Assembly (NCBI GenBank): GCA_963752385.1
Contig: CAVVYL010000065.1
Span: 274,571 to 338,570 of the forward strand
DNA length: 64,000 nucleotides
DNA from: an uncultured Acidimicrobiia bacterium
GTDB lineage: Bacteria > Acidobacteriota > Terriglobia > Versatilivoradales > Versatilivoraceae
Direction: 5' to 3'
Made by a program: the position numbers and the translations under genes. Positions 1 through 10,464 of this stretch are shown in pieces; positions within the stretch are counted from its first letter, which is position 1, and the number at the start of each line of letters is the position of its first letter. Below the pieces are notes generated by a model, which saw only the letters and a program-made list of their open reading frames with translations, did no database searches and was not told the DNA's origin.

Positions 1-938
1 TCCCCCAGAATCTGACGGTGCGGATGATGGGGTGCCAGGTTGTCGCGAATGATCTCTATGGCGCCTTTGATGCCTGCCAGGGGATTCTTAATTTCATGGG
101 CCAATCCGGCCGCTAGTTCACCGATCGCCGAAAGCCTTTCCGTCTGTGCCAGATGCCGGTCTAGCAGTTTTTGCTCGGTGACGTTCTTCAAGACCGAGGA
201 GTAGCCGATGAGCTGGCCGTGGGCGTCGCGAACCGCTGTGCGCGTAAACAACACATCAATCGTCTGGCCGTCCTTCGTTAGTCGCTGAGTCTGATAGCTG
301 CGCAGATAACCTTCGGCCCGGGCAATCGCCGAGATCTTCTCCAGTTCTCTCTGTTCTCTCAGATGCTGCGGCAGGAGCACTTCCAGCGACTGTCCCAGCA
401 TTTCCTCTTCGGCAAATCCAAAAATCGCTTCGGCTCCTTTGTTCCAGGAGGTGATTCTCTCTTCGGGATCCAGTGTGACAATGGCATCCGCCGAGTTCCT
501 CAGAATGCTGGCAAAAAACTGATCTCTTCGCGCAATTTCGGTCTCGAGCTGACGAACGGAACTCAGATCGTGGCAAATAGCGACGCAACCGTTGGGGCGG
601 CCACTAGTGTCCTTTAGCAGCGAAACCGACAATCGCACCGGGATCTCACTCTCGCTCTTGCCCACCATCACACTTTCAAATTCCTGAACGTCACCCAAGC
701 TATCCAGGAGTTGCTTGAGTCTCACCAGCTCGGCGGTTCCATCCTTCAGGAGCACATCCACAGGGCGGCCAATCATTTCGTCTGCTGAGTAGCCTAGCAA
801 CTTCTGTGCTCCCGAACTAAAAGAGCTCAGTCGCCAATCGTGCCCGGCTGTCAGAATCGCCTCGGCGCACATCGTTCGGCAATGCTGGTAACAGAAATCT
901 GCTTCCCGATTTTGATGACGAAGGGACGATGGCTTCAT
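1..938 (-). CDS. PAS-domain sensor histidine kinase, 5' part of gene (runs off window start)
   Basis: Minus-strand ATG at 936-938 (MKPSSLRHQNREADFCYQHC...). The frame stays open to position 1. PAS-like segments are followed by the H-box ELAAGLAHEIKNPLAGIKGAIEII. It is absent from the ORF track because there is no in-window stop. Confidence 0.75.
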   Translation of the reverse strand, partial: MKPSSLRHQNREADFCYQHCRTMCAEAILTAGHDWRLSSFSSGAQKLLGYSADEMIGRPVDVLLKDGTAELVRLKQLLDSLGDVQEFESVMVGKSESEIPVRLSVSLLKDTSGRPNGCVAICHDLSSVRQLETEIARRDQFFASILRNSADAIVTLDPEERITSWNKGAEAIFGFAEEEMLGQSLEVLLPQHLREQRELEKISAIARAEGYLRSYQTQRLTKDGQTIDVLFTRTAVRDAHGQLIGYSSVLKNVTEQKLLDRHLAQTERLSAIGELAAGLAHEIKNPLAGIKGAIEIIRDNLAPHHPHRQILG

Positions 939-1317
939 GCGACCTGCTCCTTGTGGGTTTGCAGCTCGACCAATCGCTTTTGACAAAGCGAACGCTTCAA
1001 GACCCGCCGCGCACTCAGCGGTGCCAAGAAGAAGTGCAGTTTAGATTCCAAAGCCCATTTACTAACGACTTGAGGCCGCAAGGCCGACTGGCTCTAAGCC
1101 CATGCGAATCTTTCTCGCTGAGACTCCTAGAACGCATGCAGGCGAAGATGATTGGGTGTTTTCACCAGCGGGTGGGTCAAATGAGCCACTTCTACAAAAA
1201 AAAGCGTTCCTGGCCTGCATTTGAAGAACTGAGGGAGGAAGCCCTGTACAGACTCGACTTTGGTCGAGGACCAGGCAGTCGACCTTGCCGATCGGAGCCA
1301 GGGGGATCTCGAACATT

Positions 1318-2682
1318 TCACCTCTTCACTTCTTTCACGCCTTCAAGTCGCAACTGATATTTGTTGATCTTGTTATAAAGCGTTACTCGATCTATCTCCA
1401 GCCAGCGGGCTGCCCGGGAGATGTTCCAGCCGGTCTCATCGAGTACCCGCTTGATGTGTTGCGCCTCGAGGGCTGAGAGCGATTTGCTGTTCGAGAGCGG
1501 CTTGCTGTTGCCAGGATGAAACGGCAAGTCGCAGGGCTGGATTTCCTGTCCCTTGCAGACCAGCACCGCCCGTTCAATCGCATTCTGCAATTCCCGGGTG
1601 TTGCCGGGCCAGTCGTGGGCTTTCAGCAACTCCAACGCCTCCGCTGAAACACGGCTTACATGCTTATTCATGGCAGAACTGTGTTTTTTGACAAAGTGCT
1701 CGACCAGCAACGGTATGTCTTCGCGGCGATCGCGCAGAGGAGAAAGCGTGATGGAGAAGACGTTCAGGCGATAGTACAGATCTTCGCGGAAGCTTCCTTG
1801 AGCAACGATCGATTCGAGATTGCGATTCGTGGCAGCGATCACGCGAAAATCGACGGCAATGGGCTGATTCTCGCCGCCACGCGTAATAGTTTTCTCCTCC
1901 AACACGCTCAACAATCTTATTTGCGTCTTCAGGCTGATGTCAGCGATTTCGTCGAGAAACAGGGTACCTCCATCGGCCATTTCAAATTTTCCTTTGCGGC
2001 GGTACCGGGCTCCTGTAAACACTCCCTTCTCGTGACCGAACAACTCGCTCTCCAGCACCCCTTCGGCCAGCGCGCCGCAGTTCACAACCACGATTGGGGA
2101 GTAGCGCCGTCGGCTGTCGGCATGGATCGCCCGAGCGATCAGCTTTTTCCCGGTCCCGCTCTCACCGCGGATGAGGATCGTGGTATCGGTCTGCGACACC
2201 AGAGTGACTCGTTCGAGAACACGCTGCATGGCCGAGCTTTGGCCGATGATCTCGTGAAACTGGCAAATCTCGGCAATCTTCTCACGCAGACGGAGATTCT
2301 CAGAAACCAGCTCTCTGCGCTCGGCAGCGTTGCGCACCAGGTGTTTGAGGTGGTCCAGATCAATCGGCTTGACCACATAATCATAGGCGCCCTCCTTCAT
2401 GGCTCCGACAGCGGTGTCCACAGATGCGAAAGCTGACATGAGAATAATCGTGGCACTCGGATCGGCGGCCCTGATCTTTCTCTGCAGTTCCGGGCCGTCC
2501 ATCGTCTTGATGTCAAGCAGGTAGATGTCCCATGAGTTCTGTGCCAGCTTTTCGAGTGCGTCCTTTCCGGACACCGCAGCATCGACTGCGTAACCCTCCT
2601 CACGAAACCAGTTGCTCAGCGAATCCCTGACACTGGGTTCGTCGTCGCAGATCAGAATGCGGACTTGCTTTTTCTTCCCCAT
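1318..2682 (-). CDS. sigma-54-dependent Fis-family response regulator (NtrC-like)
   Basis: 454-aa ORF with an N-terminal receiver (ILICDDEPSVRDSL...DIKTMDG), an AAA+ sigma-54 interaction domain (GESGTGKKLIARAIH, GAFTGA-like) and a C-terminal Fis HTH (AARWLEIDRVTLYNKI). Confidence 0.9.
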   Translation of the reverse strand: MGKKKQVRILICDDEPSVRDSLSNWFREEGYAVDAAVSGKDALEKLAQNSWDIYLLDIKTMDGPELQRKIRAADPSATIILMSAFASVDTAVGAMKEGAYDYVVKPIDLDHLKHLVRNAAERRELVSENLRLREKIAEICQFHEIIGQSSAMQRVLERVTLVSQTDTTILIRGESGTGKKLIARAIHADSRRRYSPIVVVNCGALAEGVLESELFGHEKGVFTGARYRRKGKFEMADGGTLFLDEIADISLKTQIRLLSVLEEKTITRGGENQPIAVDFRVIAATNRNLESIVAQGSFREDLYYRLNVFSITLSPLRDRREDIPLLVEHFVKKHSSAMNKHVSRVSAEALELLKAHDWPGNTRELQNAIERAVLVCKGQEIQPCDLPFHPGNSKPLSNSKSLSALEAQHIKRVLDETGWNISRAARWLEIDRVTLYNKINKYQLRLEGVKEVKR

Positions 2683-2795
2683 GACACCACCTCTCTGCAG
2701 TCTCGTCTTGACCGGTTCACCCTGGAGGACGGCGGCTCGCCAGGAAGCTCTCCCTCCCGATTTTTTTCACGGCTCCCTCTCACGCTTCCACAGCT

Positions 2796-3066
2796 TCATC
2801 CCTTCACTTTCTGCTGCGCTGGCAGACGGAAGGCGACAGTGGTTCCCTCGCCACGGCGCGAGTCCACCTCGATGGTTCCGGAATGTTGACTCACGATGCC
2901 GTAGACAACCGCCAACCGAGGCCACGCCTTTGCCAACCTCCTTGTTCGAAAAGAATGGCTCGAATATGTGCCTGTGCACGTCTTCGTCCATTCCGGCTCC
3001 GTTGTCGCGGACAAGGACGTCCACTGCGTGCGCTTCTGGGATCCGAAGCTCGATCCGCGTTCATTC
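2796..3066 (-). pseudogene. remnant of histidine-kinase HATPase_c domain (frameshifted, N-terminally truncated)
   Basis: Two minus-strand frames carry consecutive HATPase boxes. One has VRDNGAGMDEDVHRHIFEPFFSNKEVGKG (N/G1/G2). The other has LAVVYGIVSQHSGTIEVDSRRGEGTTVAFRLP (G3). There is a stop upstream and no DHp domain. Confidence 0.5.
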
Positions 3067-3190
3067 GCCTTTATCGGCGGCCGTCTCTACGCCCGGCAGT
3101 CTCGCCGGTGACCTCTCCTTCCCGGCCATGAAACTGCTTCAGGCAAGGTTGGCAGCACTCGGGAGGTGCCTAATGTCCTGTTTCGCAACG

Positions 3191-4273
3191 ATGGAACAGA
3201 TGGGGCATGAGGAACTGATCTTCTGCAGAATGAAAGAGGCCGGCCTGCGGGCGATCATTGCCATTCACGATACCACTCTGGGTCCCGCCCTGGGTGGTAC
3301 GCGCATGTGGCCCTATCCCTCGGAGGAAGAAGCCATCGTCGATGCGCTGCGGCTGTCCCGCGGCATGACTTTCAAGGCGACGGCTGCCGGATTGAACCTG
3401 GGTGGCGGCAAGGCAGTCATTATTGGCGATCCGAAGACTGACAAATCCGAAGCCTTATTTCGGGCGTTTGGCCGCTTCATTGAAAGTCTCAAAGGTCGGT
3501 TCATCACCGGCGAAGACGTCGGCATTGATGTGAACGACGTTGAGTATATGTTCATGGAGACCCGTTACGTTTGCGGTCTCTCCAAAGCGCACGGAGGTGG
3601 CGGCGATCCTGCGCCAGTCACGGCCTTCGGTGTTCTCCAAGGTATGAAGGCTTGCGCCGAGGAAAAGTTTGGGAAATCCAGCCTGAAAGACCTGGCGGTT
3701 GCCGTCCAGGGACTGGGTAACGTCGGTTTTCACCTGGCCAAGCTGCTCCACGCGGAGGGGGCCCGGGTCGTTGCGACGGATGTGGATGAGGAGAAAAGGC
3801 AGCACGCGGCGTCTGCTCTGGCACTCGAACTGGTGAAGCCAGATGAGATTTACGATGTGGCGGCGCATATCTTTGCTCCCTGTGGTCTGGGCGCCATTGT
3901 CAATGACCAGACCCTGGCGCGCATGAAATTCAAGATCATTGCTGGAGCCGCCAATAACCAGTTGGAGGCAAACCGGCACGGGTTGCAGCTTCACGAGCGG
4001 AATATTCTCTATGCGCCGGACTATGTCATTAATGCAGGCGGCATGATCAATGTCTTTGTAGAACTCGAAGGCTATGACCGCGAGCGCGCTTTTCGCATGA
4101 GCCGGGGAATCTTCTATAACCTCCGAAAGGTGTTTCAAATCGCTCGCAGGGAGCGCATTCCAACCAACGAAGCAGCTGATCATCTCGTGGAAGAACGGAT
4201 CGCCATGATGCGCCACTTAAAGGGAATGTACACCGGCCCACACCTGAATCAGTATCGGTGGACAGGCCGTTGA
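3191..4273 (+). CDS. Glu/Leu/Phe/Val dehydrogenase family (leucine/valine dehydrogenase-like)
   Basis: 361 aa from MEQMGHEELIF. Motifs include GPALGGTRMW, KATAAGLNLGGGKAVI and the Rossmann GLGNVGFHLAKLL, which is typical of Leu/Phe dehydrogenases. The longer ORF-track version (from 2612) has an unsupported N-terminal extension. Confidence 0.85.
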   Translation: MEQMGHEELIFCRMKEAGLRAIIAIHDTTLGPALGGTRMWPYPSEEEAIVDALRLSRGMTFKATAAGLNLGGGKAVIIGDPKTDKSEALFRAFGRFIESLKGRFITGEDVGIDVNDVEYMFMETRYVCGLSKAHGGGGDPAPVTAFGVLQGMKACAEEKFGKSSLKDLAVAVQGLGNVGFHLAKLLHAEGARVVATDVDEEKRQHAASALALELVKPDEIYDVAAHIFAPCGLGAIVNDQTLARMKFKIIAGAANNQLEANRHGLQLHERNILYAPDYVINAGGMINVFVELEGYDRERAFRMSRGIFYNLRKVFQIARRERIPTNEAADHLVEERIAMMRHLKGMYTGPHLNQYRWTGR

Positions 4274-5107
4274 TACAGGTTGGCCGAGCGACGTCTGGAA
4301 ATAGGGCAGGGCGCTACAGAAGGAGCACTCAGCTCAGGTCTCCTTCACGGACGCGCGCCGTCCGAGGTGCGAGGGTCCCATGGGCTTCTAAAGAGCGGCC
4401 GCGGATGGAGAGTGGGAGCGGATGGTAGCTTTGGCGAACAGGCAGTGTCGTAAATTTGGGAATAATTCAGGGAGGATGTTCTTTTTTGGGGACCTGCTGG
4501 TGCGCGTGTCGTGAGCGTTAATATCGCTCGGGGGTGGAAGAGTCCAGCGTGGGACTCCGCCTGTTCGCCTAAAGGAGCTTCTTGTCGGTGCCCCTCAGCG
4601 AAGAGTCCACTTCTCATGACGCGTCCCACTCCTCGCTACTTTCCTCGGGCGAGAAGCAGCAAGGTTCGCTGCACGCAGTGTCCCTCCTTCTGCTGCTCCT
4701 CAGGCCCGAGGCAACTGTCACGGCACCCTGGGACTTCTACATCACTATCGCTGTTCGACACCAACATTTCTCTGGCCAGGGAGGCCAACACAGACCAACC
4801 CCTCACTCTGCCTGAGCAAAGGGCACAACTCAGGCACTCTCGGGCTAGCCAGCTTTCCCTCCCTGGCCAGAATTCCTACACCCATAACAAGCAAAAGCAA
4901 TTTGCTCGCCACATCGCAACGAGGCTCGATCGGCGATCATTTCTGCTGCAAGTTCTTATTTGTCTGGCGTCCAGCAGCCACTTCTCCACACTACAGAACG
5001 GAACGCAGGTTTCAGCGCACAGTTTGGATTTGGGTGATCTTTCGCGCCGGTGGCTCACCTGCCCCACCCGTGGCTCCACACTCAGGTCCAAGACTTAGCG
5101 AGCGAGC

Positions 5108-6343
5108 TCAATTGGGATGCGGAATGGCGAGCACGGTGCGCACACTATCGCGAGCGATGAGTAGTTCTTCGTTGGTGGGAATGACACAGACTCTGACCTT
5201 GCTGCTTATGGAGGAAATGACGCCTTCCTTGCCCAGCACTTGCTTATTAGCCTGTGGATCGATCTCGATTCCAAAGAAGTTCAAGCGCTCACAGCTTCGA
5301 ATGCGGATAAGCGGGGAGTTTTCTCCAATCCCGCCTGTGAAAATCAATCCATCGACCTTGCCCAACACACCGCAATAGGCCGAAACATATTTTCGGACCC
5401 GGTAGGTGAAGATGTCGATAGCGAGCTTCGCCCTGCTATTGCCGGAATCAGCCTCCTGCTGCAACTCGCGCATGTCGCCAGAGATTCCAGAAACGCCATA
5501 GAGTCCGCTGTGCTTGTTAAGCAGCGTCGTGGCTTCATGCAGTGAGAGATCCTCCTTAGCCATGACGTGCAAAATGATCGCCGGATCGATATCGCCGCAG
5601 CGGCTACCCATGAGCAGTCCCTCTAGCGGTGTGAAGCCCATCGAGGTATCTACCGACCTGCCAGCCTCGATAGCGCAGATCGAACAGCCGTTCCCCAAGT
5701 GGCAAGTGATCAGATTCGCTTCTTCCCGTTGCAGGTCGAATAGCTGCCGGAAGCGATAAGCGACAAAACGATGCGAGGTTCCGTGGAAGCCGTAACGCCT
5801 GATCTGGTGGCGGCGATACAGAACGTAAGGCAAGCCATATAAATAGGCTTCCGGTGGCATGGTCTGATGAAAGGCCGTATCGAAAACAGCGACCTGCGGA
5901 ACTTCGGGTAGCAGCTGCCGGCAGACCTCATAGCCTTTGAGGTTATGGGGATTATGCAGCGGCGCCAGCTCGATGCAATCGCGGATTTCGTCAACCACGG
6001 CTTCGGTCATCAATTGTGAACCGCTAAACTTTTCGCCTCCATGCACGACTCGATGGCCGACGACATCGATGTCTTGTCTCTCGTGGGTGAGGGCTACTTG
6101 GCTGGATCGCAACAGGTTCAGGCATTCGGCAATTGCCGACTTGTGGTCGAGCGCCTCGGCGACCTTGATCGCTGGCTTGCTGTCTCCAATCTGAAAGCGT
6201 ACCAGCGCCTCCGTTGTCCCGATTTTCTCCACGGAACCCTTAACCAGGAGACGATCCTGGTTCCGGGCAATCAGCTCCAGATCGGTTTCAATCAGTTGGA
6301 ACTTGACGGTGGAACTGCCACAGTTCAAAACAAGCACTTTCAT
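5108..6343 (-). CDS. ackA: acetate kinase
   Basis: 411 aa starting MKVLVLNCGSSTVKFQL. It has the acetate/propionate kinase ASKHA-fold motifs (VVHGG, HLGNG, FTGGIGEN). Confidence 0.85.
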   Translation of the reverse strand: MKVLVLNCGSSTVKFQLIETDLELIARNQDRLLVKGSVEKIGTTEALVRFQIGDSKPAIKVAEALDHKSAIAECLNLLRSSQVALTHERQDIDVVGHRVVHGGEKFSGSQLMTEAVVDEIRDCIELAPLHNPHNLKGYEVCRQLLPEVPQVAVFDTAFHQTMPPEAYLYGLPYVLYRRHQIRRYGFHGTSHRFVAYRFRQLFDLQREEANLITCHLGNGCSICAIEAGRSVDTSMGFTPLEGLLMGSRCGDIDPAIILHVMAKEDLSLHEATTLLNKHSGLYGVSGISGDMRELQQEADSGNSRAKLAIDIFTYRVRKYVSAYCGVLGKVDGLIFTGGIGENSPLIRIRSCERLNFFGIEIDPQANKQVLGKEGVISSISSKVRVCVIPTNEELLIARDSVRTVLAIPHPN

Positions 6344-6679
6344 ATGAGCAATTCCTTGGAAGGAGAGCTGTCAAGAATAGCTATAGGGGCCGCAGGGGCG
6401 CAGAGGGCCCTGCGGGACACAGATCGCACAGATAACGCCAATTCAACAGAAAATAGTACTAGCCACACAGACACAGAGAGTGCGGGGATATGGGGGACAC
6501 AGATTGCTCAGACGAGCCCAGATCGAGGCAACGGGCAAGAGCAACCCGACTCGTTTCTTGGCGAACTTTCACGAAGAATCCCTTTCCGGTTTTCACGCCG
6601 AGATTCCAGCGGGTCCCTTCATGCCCCAGATTGGGCAGAGGCGGCTCTCTGAGCCCCTGTGGCTTCCTCTGGCCTGTGG

Positions 6680-7531
6680 CTAGTACTCGAAGAATCCCTT
6701 TCCGGTCTTGACGCCCAGATGTCCCGCCCGTACTTTCATGCGCAAGATCGGGCAGGGGCGATACTTCAGGTCGCCCAATTCCCGGAAAAGATGCTCCATC
6801 CACTTCAGCACTTCATCCAAGCCCATGCGGTCGGCCAGAGCCAGCGGTCCAATGTCCATGTTGTACCCGAGCTTCATGGCGGTGTCGACATCTTCGGCAC
6901 TCGCTACGCCTTCCAGCACCACCTGCATGGCCTCGTTAATCATGGGCAGAATGACACGAGTGGTCACGTACCCGGGGTATTCGTAAACTTCGATGGGTGT
7001 TTTGCCTAGACTGATCAGGAACTCGCGAACCTGCTGATAGGTTGCATCGGAGGTCTTCAGCCCGCGGATGAGTTCTACCAGCTTGACTTTAGGGACGGGG
7101 TTCAGGAAATGCACGCCGATGAAACGCTGGGGGCTCACCAGCTGCTCTCCCATCTTCGTGATGCTCAAGGTGGAGGTATTGGTGACAAAGATCCTGTCGG
7201 GTGGAGACAGTTCAGACAGTTGCTTGAAGAGCCGGACTTTCAGGTCGAATTCTTCTGGAACTGCTTCGATCAGCAGATCCGGGCGAGCGACCTGGACCAG
7301 TTCCGATGTCACAGAAATCTTACTCAGGAGCGTTCGTTTGTCACCTGCGGTCAAGGCCCAGCGGCTGATCTCGTGATCGAACTCTTCGGCAATCTTCGCC
7401 AGAGCAGATTCGGCCAAGGCTTGGTCCTTCTCGCACAACAGCACATCCAGTCCAGCCTGGGCGACGGCGGCAGCAATGCCGCGTCCCATGGTCCCTCCGC
7501 CCAGAATCCCGACCCTGTGAATCGCACTCAT
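6680..7531 (-). CDS. hbd: 3-hydroxybutyryl-CoA / 3-hydroxyacyl-CoA dehydrogenase
   Basis: Starts MSAIHRVGILGGGTMGRGIAAAVAQAG (NAD Rossmann). The length and C-terminal domain fit Hbd. The start was chosen at the internal Met of the 295-aa track ORF. Confidence 0.8.
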   Translation of the reverse strand: MSAIHRVGILGGGTMGRGIAAAVAQAGLDVLLCEKDQALAESALAKIAEEFDHEISRWALTAGDKRTLLSKISVTSELVQVARPDLLIEAVPEEFDLKVRLFKQLSELSPPDRIFVTNTSTLSITKMGEQLVSPQRFIGVHFLNPVPKVKLVELIRGLKTSDATYQQVREFLISLGKTPIEVYEYPGYVTTRVILPMINEAMQVVLEGVASAEDVDTAMKLGYNMDIGPLALADRMGLDEVLKWMEHLFRELGDLKYRPCPILRMKVRAGHLGVKTGKGFFEY

Positions 7532-7645
7532 GCCGTGATGGCTCTTTGACAATCTTGGGGCGCGCACATCCCGCGGGCACTTTTTCGATCGCCGGCCTCG
7601 CTGGCTGCACTCTCAGGCGGACGGCTCCAAGCCGCACCCTTGGCC

Positions 7646-9085
7646 TTATAGACTGGGTCCCCGTTCAAGCTGCTCACCACATTCTAGCGCTTTTCTGTTG
7701 AGGAGACGCAACCCGTCCTGGCTTACGACTTCATCAATGGCCCGGTGGATGGAGTCCCGCCCCAGCAGCGAAGTCCGAGCCAGCAGTGCTCCCAGTGCCA
7801 CAAGGTTAGCCACTTTTGGTTCTCCTAGTTGCTGGGATATTTCGCTGGCTGGGACCCCGAGCCATTCCCTTCGAGGAGATCGCGAGGGATCTTTCACCAA
7901 CGAACTATCGTAAACAATCAGCCCGCCCGTGCGCACCTGAGACTCAAAGGCTGAAAGAGAGGGGCCGTTCATGGCAATCAGGACGTTAGGGAAATCCACC
8001 AGGGGCGTGCCGATTTCCTTGTCCGACAGGATGACATGACAGTGGGCCGCGCCGCCGCGCATTTCCGGACCGTAGGAAGGAAGCCAGCTGGCATGGAAGC
8101 CCTCTTTCATGGCTGCGGTGGCCAGGATAACGCCCAGCGAAAGGACTCCCTGGCCACCGAAGCCCGCAATCTTGATGCGTTCATCCTTCGGGTCCCGTAC
8201 CTCCAGGCTGAACGGCGATACACCGGGTGCACCCTGCGACGGCAAGTCGAGCAGGGCTATCACCTCGGCCGCGTTAACAGGCTTGGAGTGCGACATGGGA
8301 GTCCAATTCGGTTGGGTTGTCTCCTTGAAGATCCCAAGGGGAAAGGCGGGTATCATCTGTTCCTCGATCCAGCGCCAGGCCTGGGCGGGCTTGAGCTTCC
8401 AGCCCGCAGGACAAGCCGCCAGCACCTCCACCAGCGAGAATCCGCGTCCTTCCATTTGACAGCGTAGCGCTTTGCGAACCGCCTGCCTGGCTTTCATGTG
8501 ATGGCGCGGACCCGCCAGCGCCACGCGCTCCAGATAGGCAACCCCTGCCAGCGAACTCAACAACTCGCAGATCCGCAGAGGATATCCTTCGAGGCGGACA
8601 TCGCGGCCCATTGGTGTGGTGGCCGTCTTCTGCCCCAGCAGCGTGGTGGGAGCCATTTGACCGCCGGTCATCCCGTAAATGGCATTGTTGACAAAGAAAA
8701 CGGTAATGTTTTCCCCGCGGTTAGCAGCATGAAGAATTTCAGCGATGCCGATCGAGGCCAGGTCGCCGTCGCCTTGATAACTGATGACAAGGCTCTCGGG
8801 TCGGCTGCGCTTAATGCCTGTGGCGACGGCCGGCGCTCTGCCATGGGCGGCCTGAACGTTGCCGACATCCAAATAGTGATAGGCAAACACGGAGCAACCG
8901 ACAGGGCTCACTAGAATAGTTTGGTCCTGTATGCCCAGATCGTCGATGGCTTCCGCAATCAGCTTGTGCAGGACACCATGCCCGCATCCGGGACAGTAGT
9001 GCGTTGCCATCGGGTCCCCGGCTTTCCGGGTGAAGCGGGGATAAAAACTGCGCGGCTTTTGGTGTGACACAGCAAGTGCAGACAT
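7646..9085 (-). CDS. 2-oxoacid:ferredoxin oxidoreductase beta subunit (TPP-binding) fused to gamma subunit
   Basis: The N-terminal half has CPGCGHG and the GDG..N TPP motif (SYQGDGDLASIGIAEILHAANRGENITVFFVNNAIYGMTGGQ). The C-terminal half (IKIAGFGGQGVLSLGVILATAAM...) is POR/KOR gamma-like. Confidence 0.8.
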   Translation of the reverse strand: MSALAVSHQKPRSFYPRFTRKAGDPMATHYCPGCGHGVLHKLIAEAIDDLGIQDQTILVSPVGCSVFAYHYLDVGNVQAAHGRAPAVATGIKRSRPESLVISYQGDGDLASIGIAEILHAANRGENITVFFVNNAIYGMTGGQMAPTTLLGQKTATTPMGRDVRLEGYPLRICELLSSLAGVAYLERVALAGPRHHMKARQAVRKALRCQMEGRGFSLVEVLAACPAGWKLKPAQAWRWIEEQMIPAFPLGIFKETTQPNWTPMSHSKPVNAAEVIALLDLPSQGAPGVSPFSLEVRDPKDERIKIAGFGGQGVLSLGVILATAAMKEGFHASWLPSYGPEMRGGAAHCHVILSDKEIGTPLVDFPNVLIAMNGPSLSAFESQVRTGGLIVYDSSLVKDPSRSPRREWLGVPASEISQQLGEPKVANLVALGALLARTSLLGRDSIHRAIDEVVSQDGLRLLNRKALECGEQLERGPSL

Positions 9086-9088
9086 GGA

Positions 9089-10174
9089 TCAGTTCCTTGC
9101 CAAGGCTGAATGCGTCGTACAGACAGAAAACTCAGGAAGGCCCCAGACCTTCTCGAGAACTTCTTCCGGAGACGGCACCATGCCGCCTTGTCGTCCGTAG
9201 AAGTAGACCGGCAGTTGGTCTCGGACCGCCAGCCGAACATCCTCCACCATCTGCCCCCAGCTCAATTCGCAGACGAGCAAACACCGGGCTTGTTTGGCCA
9301 GGGTCTCCAGCGTGAGCTTGGGAAATGGCCAAAGGGATACGGGTCGAAGCAGTCCTAGGCGGACACCAGCTCTACGCCCCAAATCGACGGCTGAACGCAG
9401 AATTCGGGAGACAATGCCATAGCCGATCAAAATGATGTCGGCGTCCTCCGTCCGATAGGCTTCGCTGTTGATGCAACAAGCCTCAGCCGTAGCGTACTTC
9501 CGCTGCAAATCCTGGATGTGCTTTTCCAGAGCGTCGTGTTGCAGGTAGATGGAGCTGATGAGATTACTTCGAGTTTGAGCGTTCCCTTGAACGGCCCAGT
9601 CATTGACAGGTGGGTCCAAAGCAAGAGTTGGGAAAGCGACCGGTTCCATCATTTGTCCGATAAACCCGTCGGCCAGGACAATAACCGGATTGCGAAAACG
9701 GTCGGCAATCTCAAACGCCTGCATCGTGAGGTCACACATTTCCTGTGCGGAGTTGGGTGCTAACACAATGTTGCGATAATTCCCATGGCCGCCACCTTTC
9801 ACCATTTGAAAGTAGTCTCCCTGCTCGGGACCGATGTTTCCCAGTCCAGGGCCACCACGCATTACGTCAACGATGACGCAAGGCAGTTCCGCTCCGGCCA
9901 GATAGGAGATGCCTTCCTGCATGAGGCTCAATCCTGGGCCGGAAGACGCCGTCATAACGCGAACCCCGGTCGCCGCGGCGCCATACACCATATTGATCGC
10001 TGCCACTTCGCTTTCCGCTTGCAGGAAGACGCCCCCGGATCGAGGAAAGTAGACAGCGGCTGCCTCGGCGATCTCGCTGGCCGGCGTGATGGGGTAGCCG
10101 TAGAATGCCCGACAGCCCGCCAGCAGGGCGCCTTTCACCGCTGCGACGTTCCCTTTGATCAGTTGTTTCACCAT
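9089..10174 (-). CDS. 2-oxoacid:ferredoxin oxidoreductase alpha subunit
   Basis: Starts [37 protein letters not shown], the alpha-subunit N-terminal signature. The start was set at the internal Met because the track ORF overlaps the ferredoxin gene. Confidence 0.8.
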   Translation of the reverse strand: MVKQLIKGNVAAVKGALLAGCRAFYGYPITPASEIAEAAAVYFPRSGGVFLQAESEVAAINMVYGAAATGVRVMTASSGPGLSLMQEGISYLAGAELPCVIVDVMRGGPGLGNIGPEQGDYFQMVKGGGHGNYRNIVLAPNSAQEMCDLTMQAFEIADRFRNPVIVLADGFIGQMMEPVAFPTLALDPPVNDWAVQGNAQTRSNLISSIYLQHDALEKHIQDLQRKYATAEACCINSEAYRTEDADIILIGYGIVSRILRSAVDLGRRAGVRLGLLRPVSLWPFPKLTLETLAKQARCLLVCELSWGQMVEDVRLAVRDQLPVYFYGRQGGMVPSPEEVLEKVWGLPEFSVCTTHSALARN

Positions 10175-10203
10175 AATCAGGCCACCTGAAAACCAAGCGG
10201 CGC

Positions 10204-10458
10204 TCACGATCGGGGCCGTTCCAGCTGAAAGATGGTCAGCGCAGACGGCTCCGGGCAGACGTAGAAGCAGATGCCACAGCCAGTGCAGCCATGCCCCATG
10301 TACTGAACCGGAACATAACCCTGTCTGTTCAACCTTTCCCGAAGCGTCAGACAGTGAACGGGACAGGTGATGATGCAGAGCCCGCACCCCTTGCATTCTT
10401 CGGGATCAATTTCAATCCAACCTCGCTCCGTGTTTCCCAATGCTGGTTTCGCTGCCAT
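10204..10458 (-). CDS. 4Fe-4S ferredoxin (delta subunit of oxidoreductase)
   Basis: 84 aa with two CxxCxxCxxxCP motifs ([12 protein letters not shown] and [12 protein letters not shown]), sited directly upstream of the alpha subunit. Confidence 0.8.
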   Translation of the reverse strand: MAAKPALGNTERGWIEIDPEECKGCGLCIITCPVHCLTLRERLNRQGYVPVQYMGHGCTGCGICFYVCPEPSALTIFQLERPRS

Positions 10459-10464
10459 GTTCCA

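Noticed and set aside
1660-2436. 258-aa + strand ORF overlapping the sigma-54 regulator
   Set aside because: Antisense shadow ORF with no conserved motifs. The minus-strand gene has complete receiver/AAA+/HTH domains.
2612-3190. N-terminal 190-aa extension of the dehydrogenase ORF in the track
   Set aside because: The extension is Pro/Ser/Arg-rich and overlaps the HK remnant on the opposite strand. The homologous protein begins at MEQMGHEELIF (3191).
3455-4216. 253-aa minus-strand ORF antisense to the amino-acid dehydrogenase gene
   Set aside because: Lies fully inside a strongly supported + strand gene. It has high-GC antisense reading-frame persistence and no motifs.
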